Below, piece by piece: positions 1-8,873 of a DNA stretch of 47,977 bases; position 1 is the stretch's first letter, and each line of letters begins with the position of its first letter. Source of the stretch: an uncultured Methanosarcinales archaeon (lineage in GTDB: Archaea; Nanobdellota; Nanobdellia; Woesearchaeales; JACPBV01). The stretch lies in NCBI GenBank assembly GCA_964577685.1, contig CAZNZT010000001.1, positions 1-47,977 on the forward strand. The letters run 5' to 3'. Under the pieces are notes generated by a model. It was not told the DNA's origin and made no database searches. It saw only the letters and a program-made list of their open reading frames with translations. The position numbers and the translations under genes are program-made.

Positions 1-80
1 TTGATTATTAAATAAAAGAATTAATAAGTGTATACTTTTAAGGTTTACTTTACATGTTTTTTTATGATTTTAGAGGATTC

Positions 81-638
81 TTATATTTTTATAAAATTCA
101 GAATAACTTCTTTATTTCTAACTTCCGGATGGAACAGGACCCCATATATATCTTTTTGTTTATGTTTAAATGCTTGAATTATTCTGTTTTTATAAGTTTT
201 AGTCTCAGAAAAGATTTCAAATATTCCCTTGTTGATAGCAATATAATAGTTATGTAAATGATAAACCTCTTTTTCTCCCACTAAACCTAAAAATTCTTTT
301 TTGAAGGTTTCTTTATAATAACCTATTTCTATTTTCCTTTTTAATTTTCCTCCAAATATTAGACCTATAATCTGCATTCCAGCACAGATGCCTAAAACAG
401 GCTTGTTTATACTTAAAATCCATTGAAAAAAGTTAAGATTGTTAAGAAAATCATTATCTTTAAGTGAAGTTCCGCAGATTATTATCTTACTAGACAAGTT
501 TAAATCATTTCTTTTCAAATTTTTATAGTGTACTGTGAAGAATTTTATATGGTTCTTCTTTAAAATATCCTCAATTGGCTTTACAAACTCAAAATAATGG
601 AGTCTTTCTTTACAAACATTCAATATTAGGATTTTCAT
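81..638 (-). CDS. Class I glutamine amidotransferase (GMP-synthase GATase-like)
   Basis: Catalytic motifs PVLGICAG (Cys) and LFHPE (His-Glu). The start MKILI at 638 overlaps the dph6 stop (ATGA). Confidence 0.88.
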   Translation of the reverse strand: MKILILNVCKERLHYFEFVKPIEDILKKNHIKFFTVHYKNLKRNDLNLSSKIIICGTSLKDNDFLNNLNFFQWILSINKPVLGICAGMQIIGLIFGGKLKRKIEIGYYKETFKKEFLGLVGEKEVYHLHNYYIAINKGIFEIFSETKTYKNRIIQAFKHKQKDIYGVLFHPEVRNKEVILNFIKI

Positions 639-1297
639 CTGATTTCCATCCTCCAAGAATTTTCGGAACCATAAATTCTCTTTTCTTTTATCTGAAGAGG
701 TTTTTTAAACAGAGGACAATCAATAACAAGAGTTTCGTACTCGCCACCTTCACCAGCAGGATTAATTTTATATTTTCTATTAAGTCCAGAAATTTTTTTT
801 ATGAAGTCTTTGTTTATTTCTTTACCAAGATAATCTCTATTAAGCGGATAGGCAAAAACACCAGTAACTATAACCGTAAACCTATTTGTTATTAAATTGC
901 CTAATAATTCAAGTTGGTCTTTTTGCCATAAAGGGTTAAAACATTCAACCTTTAATTTATTACAGATTTTTTGTATCCTAGTTGACTGGTAAACTGATTC
1001 TATGGCTCCTGTCAATATGCCATTAATTCTATAATTCTTTATTGCTCTTTTGATTGCCTTTTCTAAGTCTTTTAGTTCTTTTTCTTTTTTACCTCTTGTT
1101 TTTTGGATTATTATTGGCTTATCCATTAGCTTCGCTTGTTTTTCAACATTTCTTATAGATGGAGTATGAAACATATAGCTCTCAGGATTCTCAGATATAA
1201 TTGAGATTAAACAGGAGATACTATAATTACATTTTTCTGCGAGATAGATGCTAAAGCAACTGTCTTTTCCCCCTGAGAATAATGCAGCAAGGTTCAT
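635..1297 (-). CDS. dph6: Diphthine--ammonia ligase (Dph6, PP-loop ATPase)
   Basis: LFSGGKDS PP-loop, SYMFH, GAIESVYQ, PLW, GEGGEYET motifs. Confidence 0.9.
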   Translation of the reverse strand: MNLAALFSGGKDSCFSIYLAEKCNYSISCLISIISENPESYMFHTPSIRNVEKQAKLMDKPIIIQKTRGKKEKELKDLEKAIKRAIKNYRINGILTGAIESVYQSTRIQKICNKLKVECFNPLWQKDQLELLGNLITNRFTVIVTGVFAYPLNRDYLGKEINKDFIKKISGLNRKYKINPAGEGGEYETLVIDCPLFKKPLQIKEKRIYGSENSWRMEIR

Positions 1298-1393
1298 AAG
1301 ACAGTTTAATTTTTAAGGGTTAATAAATTTAACTGAGTTTATGTGCTTCTAGAACAAAAATTTTTATATGAAAAGAAAAATCCAATACCTAAG

Positions 1394-1975
1394 ATGGCAA
1401 AGAAAGAAAAAAAGAGAAAGCTAAATTCCTTTTTGGTATTGGCTATTTCGTTTATTATGGTAAGTTCTATCATAGGTTTCCTATACAGTGGGAGGAACAA
1501 CCAGTTTAAGTACAATGGGATAAACTTTAAGAGAGATTCAAATAGTAATGAGTGGTATTTTGTTATTAACAATAAGAGATTTGTCTTCAACTATTTTCCA
1601 AGTGAAGTTGAGCTAATCAATATAAGTCCTGATATCATGGGGAGAATAAAAGATACACCAGAGATTGATGTAACATCTGATCTGAATGATAGTTTTGAGG
1701 AAGAAATAGCGTTAGCTAAGTATAATATGGCCCTAACATTAGGAAATCTAAATGTATATTTAAGAAATGGTTTTACAACAAACAATAGTTTTGGACTCCC
1801 AATAATCACATGCGATAATGCTAGTTTGTATGTTCCTGTGATATATTTTAAGTCCTCTAATAGAACAAGGATTTATTTAATGAACGATTGTATAATTGCT
1901 GATGCAAAAGAGCCTTATGATGTTTTAAGAATAAAGGATAGGATATTGTATTCATTATTGGGGGTAATGGGGTGA
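1394..1975 (+). CDS. Membrane-anchored hypothetical protein (paralog 1)
   Basis: Basic N-terminus followed by one TM helix. TATA lies about 25 nt before ATG 1394. C-terminus resembles the downstream ORF. Confidence 0.75.
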   Translation: MAKKEKKRKLNSFLVLAISFIMVSSIIGFLYSGRNNQFKYNGINFKRDSNSNEWYFVINNKRFVFNYFPSEVELINISPDIMGRIKDTPEIDVTSDLNDSFEEEIALAKYNMALTLGNLNVYLRNGFTTNNSFGLPIITCDNASLYVPVIYFKSSNRTRIYLMNDCIIADAKEPYDVLRIKDRILYSLLGVMG

Positions 1976-2664
1976 ATTCTTTGGAAGAAAAAAAGAAAGA
2001 AAAGAAGGGTTCAGATAAGATTTTGTTTTTTTCAGTTATATTTTTGATTATAATATTTGCTATAATCTTAAGTGTGAGGTTCCTTCACAAGGGGAAAAAA
2101 GTAGCAACAATAGATGAGTTGCATTTATTAAATATAGAGGGTAAACTAAAACCTGAACAGGGGTATATCTATAACGGATACTCATTTGTGTTCGTAGATG
2201 GGTTATGGTACACCCAAATACAAAGCACTTCTGGGAGATACCTCTTTGATGTGCCATTGCACTATGGACCTAGAGATGTAGGGGATATACCAATAGAGGG
2301 TTGGCTTAATGATAGTATATTTAATTCACAAAGAGAAATATTCATTACATTCAACCCGCTTGAACCAAATTTAAAATATGTGGCTTTGGCTATAGGAGAA
2401 TTTGACCAGAACATAATAAAGACTTTTGATAAGATTCCAATTGCCGCTTGTGATAGGAACGAAACAAAGCCCTGCAAAAGCAGACCAATAATAAGATGCA
2501 ATAACACAAGAGAGCCAGTCTTTTATGCTATACAAGAAGAACCTACAAAGATTATCCTAAAGGATAATTGCATTATTGTTCAAGGTGTTGGCTACGAACT
2601 TGTAAGGGCAGTTGATAGGTTATTATTATGGCTTTATGGAATAATGGAAAGAAACAATGGTTGA
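1972..2664 (+). CDS. Membrane-anchored hypothetical protein (paralog 2)
   Basis: Basic N-terminus plus TM helix. Shares YNGxxF..W, PIIxCxN, CII and R..DR.L..L.G.M motifs with 1394-1975. Overlapping start/stop. Confidence 0.78.
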   Translation: MNSLEEKKKEKKGSDKILFFSVIFLIIIFAIILSVRFLHKGKKVATIDELHLLNIEGKLKPEQGYIYNGYSFVFVDGLWYTQIQSTSGRYLFDVPLHYGPRDVGDIPIEGWLNDSIFNSQREIFITFNPLEPNLKYVALAIGEFDQNIIKTFDKIPIAACDRNETKPCKSRPIIRCNNTREPVFYAIQEEPTKIILKDNCIIVQGVGYELVRAVDRLLLWLYGIMERNNG

Positions 2665-3250
2665 ACATTATTATTCCAAAAAACAAACATCAAAACTAAA
2701 GATAAGGAGGATCAAAACTACATTAAGGGGAAATAAACTTGAGTTTTATAGTGGTTCTGGTGTTTTTTCTATTAGAAAAATAGACAAAGGTACAAGGCTT
2801 TTGATTGAAAAATGTATTATAAAACCCAAATGGAGGATTCTAGATTTAGGTTGTGGTTATGGTGTTGTTGGTATAGCGATTGCTAAGGCTTTTCCAAGCA
2901 CAAGAGTTTTTATGAGTGATATAAATGAAAGGGCCTTGGAATTAGCAAAAATGAATATTGAACTTAACAATGTCAGGGCAGAGGTTATCCAATCTGATAT
3001 TTATGAGCAGATTCATGGAAGATTTAATACTATACTTGTAAACCCGCCACAGGTTGCTGGGAAGGAAGTTTGTTTTAGTATGATAGAGGAAGGTAGAGAT
3101 TATTTGTTTAAAAATGGATTGTTTCAGTTGGTTGCTAGACACAACAAGGGTGGGAAAGAACTAAGTAAAAAAATGTATGAGAGCTTTGGCAATATAGAGG
3201 CGATTGCCAAGAGCGGGGGATATAGAGTATATTTAAGCAGATTTATTTGA
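2657..3250 (+). CDS. Class I SAM-dependent N-methyltransferase (RsmC/MTS family)
   Basis: GVFS..KIDKGT, LDLGCGYG motif I, NPP motif IV. Confidence 0.85.
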   Translation: MVEHYYSKKQTSKLKIRRIKTTLRGNKLEFYSGSGVFSIRKIDKGTRLLIEKCIIKPKWRILDLGCGYGVVGIAIAKAFPSTRVFMSDINERALELAKMNIELNNVRAEVIQSDIYEQIHGRFNTILVNPPQVAGKEVCFSMIEEGRDYLFKNGLFQLVARHNKGGKELSKKMYESFGNIEAIAKSGGYRVYLSRFI

Positions 3251-3544
3251 GAATAGCTCATCGAACTTTTCCTTTGCCTTGTTTTCTTTCCAATAGATTA
3301 GATGAGATGCTCTCTTTTCAAATAATGCAACGGCTACTTTAAGGATATCTTCCTTAAAACCCTTAAATCCTTTTTCTTCTATACAAAGCTTTGCATCATC
3401 TATACACTCTTGCATTAGTTCTATATGCCTCTTTCTTGCATTTTTTTCTATCTCATGCTCTTCCTCTTCGGTTAATGAAACCTCTTCCCATACTGGATAT
3501 GATTTTCCTTCTATATTCCTAGGAAAAGACTTAGAAAATGGCAT
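3233..3544 (-). CDS. Hypothetical helical protein
   Basis: Clean ORF with genome-typical composition. MPFSK start at 3544 is preceded by GGGGGTGG and an upstream TTTAAA box. Confidence 0.7.
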   Translation of the reverse strand: MPFSKSFPRNIEGKSYPVWEEVSLTEEEEHEIEKNARKRHIELMQECIDDAKLCIEEKGFKGFKEDILKVAVALFEKRASHLIYWKENKAKEKFDELFSNKSA

Positions 3545-3651
3545 TGAACCACCCCCATAACAAACAGAGGGTTTTTGATGCATTTAAATATTTTTCTAGG
3601 TTTCAGTCAAGTCAATTCTGTTGGGATTGACTCAAGTTTAGAAAGGCTCTT

Positions 3652-4284
3652 TTATTGTGGTAAAGTGAAATTCTGAGAAAGGTTTAGAGAAAAAATGTCT
3701 GGATTTGATTTAAGCACATAAGTTAGAAATAGAATTATTCCTAAAAAAGATAACCCTATTAGCAATATTGGGATTACATACATCAATATAGATCTAATCT
3801 TTGGAATACCATATAGTTTTTGTGTTCCTATAATTAATAAAACTAAATCATAAAGCCAAACAAGGTAACCAAAAAAAGGAATCCATCCAGCAACGAAGGA
3901 GGGGGTTTTTGAATAAACATATAATTGATATGCTTTTGAGTAGTTTTCTTTACCACCAAAAATCAAAATCCAAACATGCAATACCCCAGCCATAAGAAAG
4001 CTAGATATCAAACCTACCCCATATCCAAAAAAGGCAGATAATGTTAATATAGATGCTGTGTATTGTGGTTTTGGAAGCGAGAGACCAAACACCTTCAACA
4101 TGAAGTAGTACGAATAATTTTGGAATAATTGTTTACCAATCAATCCAAGAAGTGTGCTGAACAAAGATAATATCATTAAATAGATAAAGGCTGATTTTAT
4201 TCCCTCTTCTCTTTTTAAACTTTCAAAGAAATTTATAGGCTCTACTAGGACTTGTTTTATTTTATGTATTAGGTTACTATCCAT
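3652..4284 (-). CDS. Yip1-domain membrane protein
   Basis: About five TM helices with 'P..FF' near the N-terminus, 'FGGK..Y', 'YS..P' and 'IP..G' patterns. Confidence 0.8.
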   Translation of the reverse strand: MDSNLIHKIKQVLVEPINFFESLKREEGIKSAFIYLMILSLFSTLLGLIGKQLFQNYSYYFMLKVFGLSLPKPQYTASILTLSAFFGYGVGLISSFLMAGVLHVWILIFGGKENYSKAYQLYVYSKTPSFVAGWIPFFGYLVWLYDLVLLIIGTQKLYGIPKIRSILMYVIPILLIGLSFLGIILFLTYVLKSNPDIFSLNLSQNFTLPQ

Positions 4285-4403
4285 AGTACTTCTATTTGAG
4301 TATGGTTATATATAAAGATTGTGAAAAAATCCTCTCATTGGAAAAAATAGAGCGAGCCTAAAAACCCAAAGATTTTTATATAAAATACCTTAATTTTTTT
4401 GTG

Positions 4404-5000
4404 ATGAAAGACATATTGGAAATAAGGATACATGGTAGAGGAGGCCAAGGTGCAAAGACTGCTTCTCAGTTTATAGCAGAAGCTGCTCTAAGAGAAGGAA
4501 AGTATGTTCAGGCATTTCCAGAGTATGGGCCAGAAAGGTCTGGTGCTCCTATGAAATCATATGCGAGAATAAGCAAACACAAAATAAGTATTTATTCCCC
4601 TGTTGTTAATCCTGATATTGTGGTTGTAATAGACCCAACCCTGATTGATAATGAAGATACATTAGAAGATGTACTAAGCGGGCTTAAAAGTAAGGATATA
4701 TTAATAGTAAACACAAAAGAGAAACCTGAAGAACTCAAGAAGAGATCAGGATTTAAGGGTAAGGTATATACTGTAGATGCAACAAAGATATCAATAGAAA
4801 CTACAGGAAAAAATATACCTAATACGCCCATGCTGGGTGCGTTATCAAAGATAACTGGAATAATTTCTTTAGAATCAATAAAGGAGTGTACAAGAAATAA
4901 ATTTATAAAAAAGATTGGTGAAAAGAAAACAAATGCCATCATAGAGGGCATAGAAAAGGCTTACAACTCTGTAAAAAATGAAACTAAAAAAAGCATCTGA
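4404..5000 (+). CDS. porC: Pyruvate/2-oxoacid:ferredoxin oxidoreductase gamma subunit
   Basis: IRIHGRGGQG, FPEYGPERSGAP, PNTPMLGA. GTG at 4401 is an alternative start. Confidence 0.92.
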   Translation: MKDILEIRIHGRGGQGAKTASQFIAEAALREGKYVQAFPEYGPERSGAPMKSYARISKHKISIYSPVVNPDIVVVIDPTLIDNEDTLEDVLSGLKSKDILIVNTKEKPEELKKRSGFKGKVYTVDATKISIETTGKNIPNTPMLGALSKITGIISLESIKECTRNKFIKKIGEKKTNAIIEGIEKAYNSVKNETKKSI

Positions 5001-5292
5001 GATTCCAATTGGAGGGCTAATTGATAAGGCTGGAAGTTCCCTAGACTTCAAAACTGGGGAATGGAGAAGTTTCAGACCTATTTGGGATAAAGAGAGATGT
5101 ATTAATTGTATGCTTTGTGTTATTTATTGTCCTGATGATGCAATCCCAACAGAAGGTAAGGGAAATGAGATAAAAAGGAAAGAAACAGATTTAGATTACT
5201 GTAAGGGCTGCGGTATATGTGCTAATATTTGTCCAGTAAAATGTATAAAAATGGAAGAAGAATCTAAAAGAAAAAGTAAAGACAATAAATAG
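4978..5292 (+). CDS. porD: Pyruvate:ferredoxin oxidoreductase delta subunit (2x[4Fe-4S])
   Basis: KTGEWR..RP, CINCMLCVIYCP and CKGCGICANICP. Confidence 0.92.
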   Translation: MKLKKASEIPIGGLIDKAGSSLDFKTGEWRSFRPIWDKERCINCMLCVIYCPDDAIPTEGKGNEIKRKETDLDYCKGCGICANICPVKCIKMEEESKRKSKDNK

Positions 5293-5312
5293 GGGAAAGA
5301 ATAAAAGACAAG

Positions 5313-6473
5313 ATGAAATACAAAATAAAGGCAATCACTGGTGCTGAAGCTGCTGCAGAAGCAATGAGGCAGATTAATCCAGATGTTTGTGCAGCATATC
5401 CTATAACTCCACAAACCAATATAATGGAGAAGTTTGCTGAATTTGTAGCAGATGGGATAGTTGATACAGAGCTAATACGGGTTGAATCAGAACATTCTGC
5501 TATGTCTTGCTGCGTGGGTGCTTCTGCTGCTGGTGCAAGGGTGATGACAGCTACAGCATCTGCTGGTTTAGCTTTGATGTGGGAAATACTGGGTGTTGCT
5601 TCTGGCTTAAGATTGCCAATTGTTATGGAAATCGTAAATAGAGCTCTATCTGCTCCAATAAATATTCACTGCGATCATTCAGATTCGATGGGAACAAGAG
5701 ACTTGGGATGGATACAAATCTACTCTGAGAACGCCCAAGAGGTATATGAAAACACATTATTGGCTATGAAGCTTGCAGAACGAGTCCTGTTACCTGCTAT
5801 GATATGCCAAGATGGTTTTATTACCTCTCATGGCGTTGAAAATGTAGAGATTTTTGATGACAAAGATATAAAGGAGTTCATAGGCAAGCATAAGTATAAA
5901 CATTCTCTTTTAGATGTAAAAAAACCAGTAACACACGGCCCCTTGCAGTTACAGGATTATTATTTTGAAACAAAAAGCCAACAGATTACTACAATGGAAA
6001 AAGCCAAAAACGAATTTATTAAGGTAGGTAAGGAGCTAAGCAAAATAACAGAAAAAAGATACTATTTTTTTGATGGTTATAAGCTAAATGACGCAGAGGT
6101 AGCTATTGTTACACTAAGTTCTACTGCTGGTACCTCAAAGGTAGCTGTAGATAATCTTAGAAAGAAAGGAAAAAAGGTTGGACTACTAAAGATAAGGTTG
6201 TTTAGACCATTCCCATACAAAGAGATAGGAAAAATACTAAAAAATATTAAGAATATTGCTGTTTTGGATAGATCTGCATCTTTTGGTACCAACCCACCGA
6301 TTTTTTCCGAGATAAAAAATGCTTTGTTTGATGTTGGATATAAAGGTAAGGTACATTCCTATATCTTTGGCCTAGGAGGAAGGAATATATTTGTAAGTGA
6401 TATAGAAAAATTGTTTATTAGGCTATTGGAGAATAAAGTAAGGGACCATGGTTTTATAGGTTTAAGAAAATGA
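5313..6473 (+). CDS. porA: Pyruvate:ferredoxin oxidoreductase alpha subunit
   Basis: AAYPITPQT, VESEHSA, VNRALSAPINI, FRPFP. Confidence 0.93.
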   Translation: MKYKIKAITGAEAAAEAMRQINPDVCAAYPITPQTNIMEKFAEFVADGIVDTELIRVESEHSAMSCCVGASAAGARVMTATASAGLALMWEILGVASGLRLPIVMEIVNRALSAPINIHCDHSDSMGTRDLGWIQIYSENAQEVYENTLLAMKLAERVLLPAMICQDGFITSHGVENVEIFDDKDIKEFIGKHKYKHSLLDVKKPVTHGPLQLQDYYFETKSQQITTMEKAKNEFIKVGKELSKITEKRYYFFDGYKLNDAEVAIVTLSSTAGTSKVAVDNLRKKGKKVGLLKIRLFRPFPYKEIGKILKNIKNIAVLDRSASFGTNPPIFSEIKNALFDVGYKGKVHSYIFGLGGRNIFVSDIEKLFIRLLENKVRDHGFIGLRK

Positions 6474-7393
6474 ACTATAAAGAGCTTGCTGAAAGATTAA
6501 GAACAAAGAAGATTGTACAGGGCCATAGGTCATGTGCTGGTTGTGGATTTCCAATTATAGCAAGAGCTGTACTTGCATCCACTGATAAGCCAGTGGTAGT
6601 TTCTTCAGCAACTGGTTGTTTAGAGGTTACAACAACAATATACCCATTTACTTCTTGGAATATACCTTTTATACATTCTGCTTTTGAGAATGCAGCTGCT
6701 ACCATAGCAGGCGTAGAAACAGCATATAGGGCACTAAGGAAAAAAGGAAAAATAAAGGATGATATAAAATTTGTTGCTTTTGGTGGTGATGGGGGTACTT
6801 ATGATATTGGCTTACAGAGTTTATCTGGGGCACTGGAGAGAGGGCATGACTTCTTATATGTTTGCTATGATAATGAGGCTTACATGAATACTGGAATACA
6901 AAGAAGTTCTGCAACACCCTATGGCGCTTCTACAACCACCGCACCAGCAGGCAAAATTCATCAAGGTAAAGAAGAGTTTAAGAAAGATTTAGCGAGGATA
7001 TGTGTTGCACACAACATACCCTATGTTGCCCAAGCTTCTGTCTCAAATTTGCCTGACTTAACAGAAAAAGCAAAGAAGGCGTTTAGCATAAAAGGGCCGA
7101 AGGTTTTGGTTGTACTACAACCTTGTACATTAGGTTGGCGTTATCCTTCTGATAAAACAATAGAAATTGCAAAGCTTGCTGTTGAAAGTAGATTTTGGCC
7201 ATTGTATGAGGTGGAGAATGGAAAATATAGGCTAACATACAAGCCATCTAAGTTTGTTCCTGTGGCAGAATTTATAAAAGCCCAAGGAAGATTTAAACAC
7301 CTCCTTAAGCCAGAGAATAAGCACATTATAGAAAAGATTCAAGAACATGTTGATTCAGAATGGGAAAAATTAATGGATTTGTGTAAAGGTTAA
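6470..7393 (+). CDS. porB: Pyruvate:ferredoxin oxidoreductase beta subunit (TPP-binding)
   Basis: GHRSCAGCG, GGDGGTYDIG, YDNEAYMNTGIQRS. Confidence 0.93.
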   Translation: MNYKELAERLRTKKIVQGHRSCAGCGFPIIARAVLASTDKPVVVSSATGCLEVTTTIYPFTSWNIPFIHSAFENAAATIAGVETAYRALRKKGKIKDDIKFVAFGGDGGTYDIGLQSLSGALERGHDFLYVCYDNEAYMNTGIQRSSATPYGASTTTAPAGKIHQGKEEFKKDLARICVAHNIPYVAQASVSNLPDLTEKAKKAFSIKGPKVLVVLQPCTLGWRYPSDKTIEIAKLAVESRFWPLYEVENGKYRLTYKPSKFVPVAEFIKAQGRFKHLLKPENKHIIEKIQEHVDSEWEKLMDLCKG

Positions 7394-7400
7394 TCTAAAC

Positions 7401-8720
7401 CTAAAAATCAAAGATTTTCTTTTTCTTATGAATTGCAATTGGGGATTCTCCACCATGCCAGGTAAATCTTGGCCTTACCCTCATATTGTATATTCGTTCA
7501 TTCATATCATCAAAAACTATTGCAGAACCGCTTATCCTTGGTAATAGATTTAATTGTTTATCAAGCCCTTGCCTCATATAAGTTTGCATCAACATTCCCA
7601 AGGCATCTATATCAACCTTTGCAGTAAGCCTATGGGCAATAACAACATCTGATTGTGTCATGACATCAGTATGGATTTTTCCTGGTTGCTGGGATGCTAA
7701 TATTAAGGATATGCCTGGCTGACGTCCTTCTCTTAGTATAATCAAAAGGGGATGTGTTGCTACAGTAATCTCATCCCTAGGAAGAAACTCATGGGCTTCA
7801 TCAATAACTAACCATACTAAAGGTTCTTTTTGTTCAATCTCTTTTTTTTCAATAGAAAGCGTAGTTGTTTCTGTTATTGATTTTAACTCTTCTGATTTTC
7901 TTGCAATCATTCTTTGAACAAATAATTTCTCTGCAATCAAGCCTATAACCAACCCCCTTAACCCCTGGGTTCCTGGTATTGTAGCATAACAACCCACATC
8001 AAGCACTGTAACTTGACCACCCCTAACTAGGTTCTTTAGTTTTGTTCCTTCTTTACTAAACAAACCCCATTTTTCTGCTCCTATGAACCTATTCTCAACA
8101 GCATTTTTGATGTGTTCTTGACTCCTCTCATCTTTCTTAATCGCATCTATAATATCTTTTATGTTATATTCTTTTTTTGTTTCTTGTAGATTATGTATTA
8201 TTCTCTCAATTAAGACACCATGCTCTGAATTTATATCTATACCAAATGTCATGCACCAGTCTGAAGCATCAAGTTCGGATGGATTTATGGAAAATGGGTA
8301 ATCAGTCGGTATACCTTCGTCCTTATATTTATTAAAATAACCAAACGGAGTATATATCTTAATATCAAGGCCCTTTCCTTCAAGACCCCATTCCTTTAGG
8401 AGCTGTGTTTCTTTTATATTTGGATATTTCATAGTCCAATAAATACCCATTGTGTCTAGGATAACAACAGCAAGATTTTGTTTTATTTCTGGAGGCAAAT
8501 CTGAAATCCCTTCTGCTATTACTCCCATTGTATATGATTTTCCAGAACCCCTTTTACCACAAACAAAAACAACATGGCTTCTTGAGACATCAAGAAAAAT
8601 TTTATTAGAAAGGGATGTGGTCTGGCCCATTTTTACATAATGTTTCCCAAGAAAGATTGTTCCCTCTGTCCCATACTTTCCTCTGTCTTTTTCACTCCTT
8701 CCGATAATTATATCGTACAT
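7401..8720 (-). CDS. HerA/FtsK-superfamily ATPase (DUF87-type)
   Basis: Walker A GKRGSGKS, Walker B LVIDEAH, REGR arginine finger, ASQQP. No N-terminal HAS barrel is apparent. Confidence 0.85.
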   Translation of the reverse strand: MYDIIIGRSEKDRGKYGTEGTIFLGKHYVKMGQTTSLSNKIFLDVSRSHVVFVCGKRGSGKSYTMGVIAEGISDLPPEIKQNLAVVILDTMGIYWTMKYPNIKETQLLKEWGLEGKGLDIKIYTPFGYFNKYKDEGIPTDYPFSINPSELDASDWCMTFGIDINSEHGVLIERIIHNLQETKKEYNIKDIIDAIKKDERSQEHIKNAVENRFIGAEKWGLFSKEGTKLKNLVRGGQVTVLDVGCYATIPGTQGLRGLVIGLIAEKLFVQRMIARKSEELKSITETTTLSIEKKEIEQKEPLVWLVIDEAHEFLPRDEITVATHPLLIILREGRQPGISLILASQQPGKIHTDVMTQSDVVIAHRLTAKVDIDALGMLMQTYMRQGLDKQLNLLPRISGSAIVFDDMNERIYNMRVRPRFTWHGGESPIAIHKKKKIFDF

Positions 8721-8873
8721 TAACTTTGTTGTTTAATTGATATTAGATAAAAATTTGTTGAAACTTTTAAGTGGTGATAATGCTTATGGATTAAGAGAAA
8801 TATTTAAATAGGGTTGGAGTTTCACTATAAACAAAAAAAGAGGTTCTGATAGATTACTTTTATTTTTTGTACT

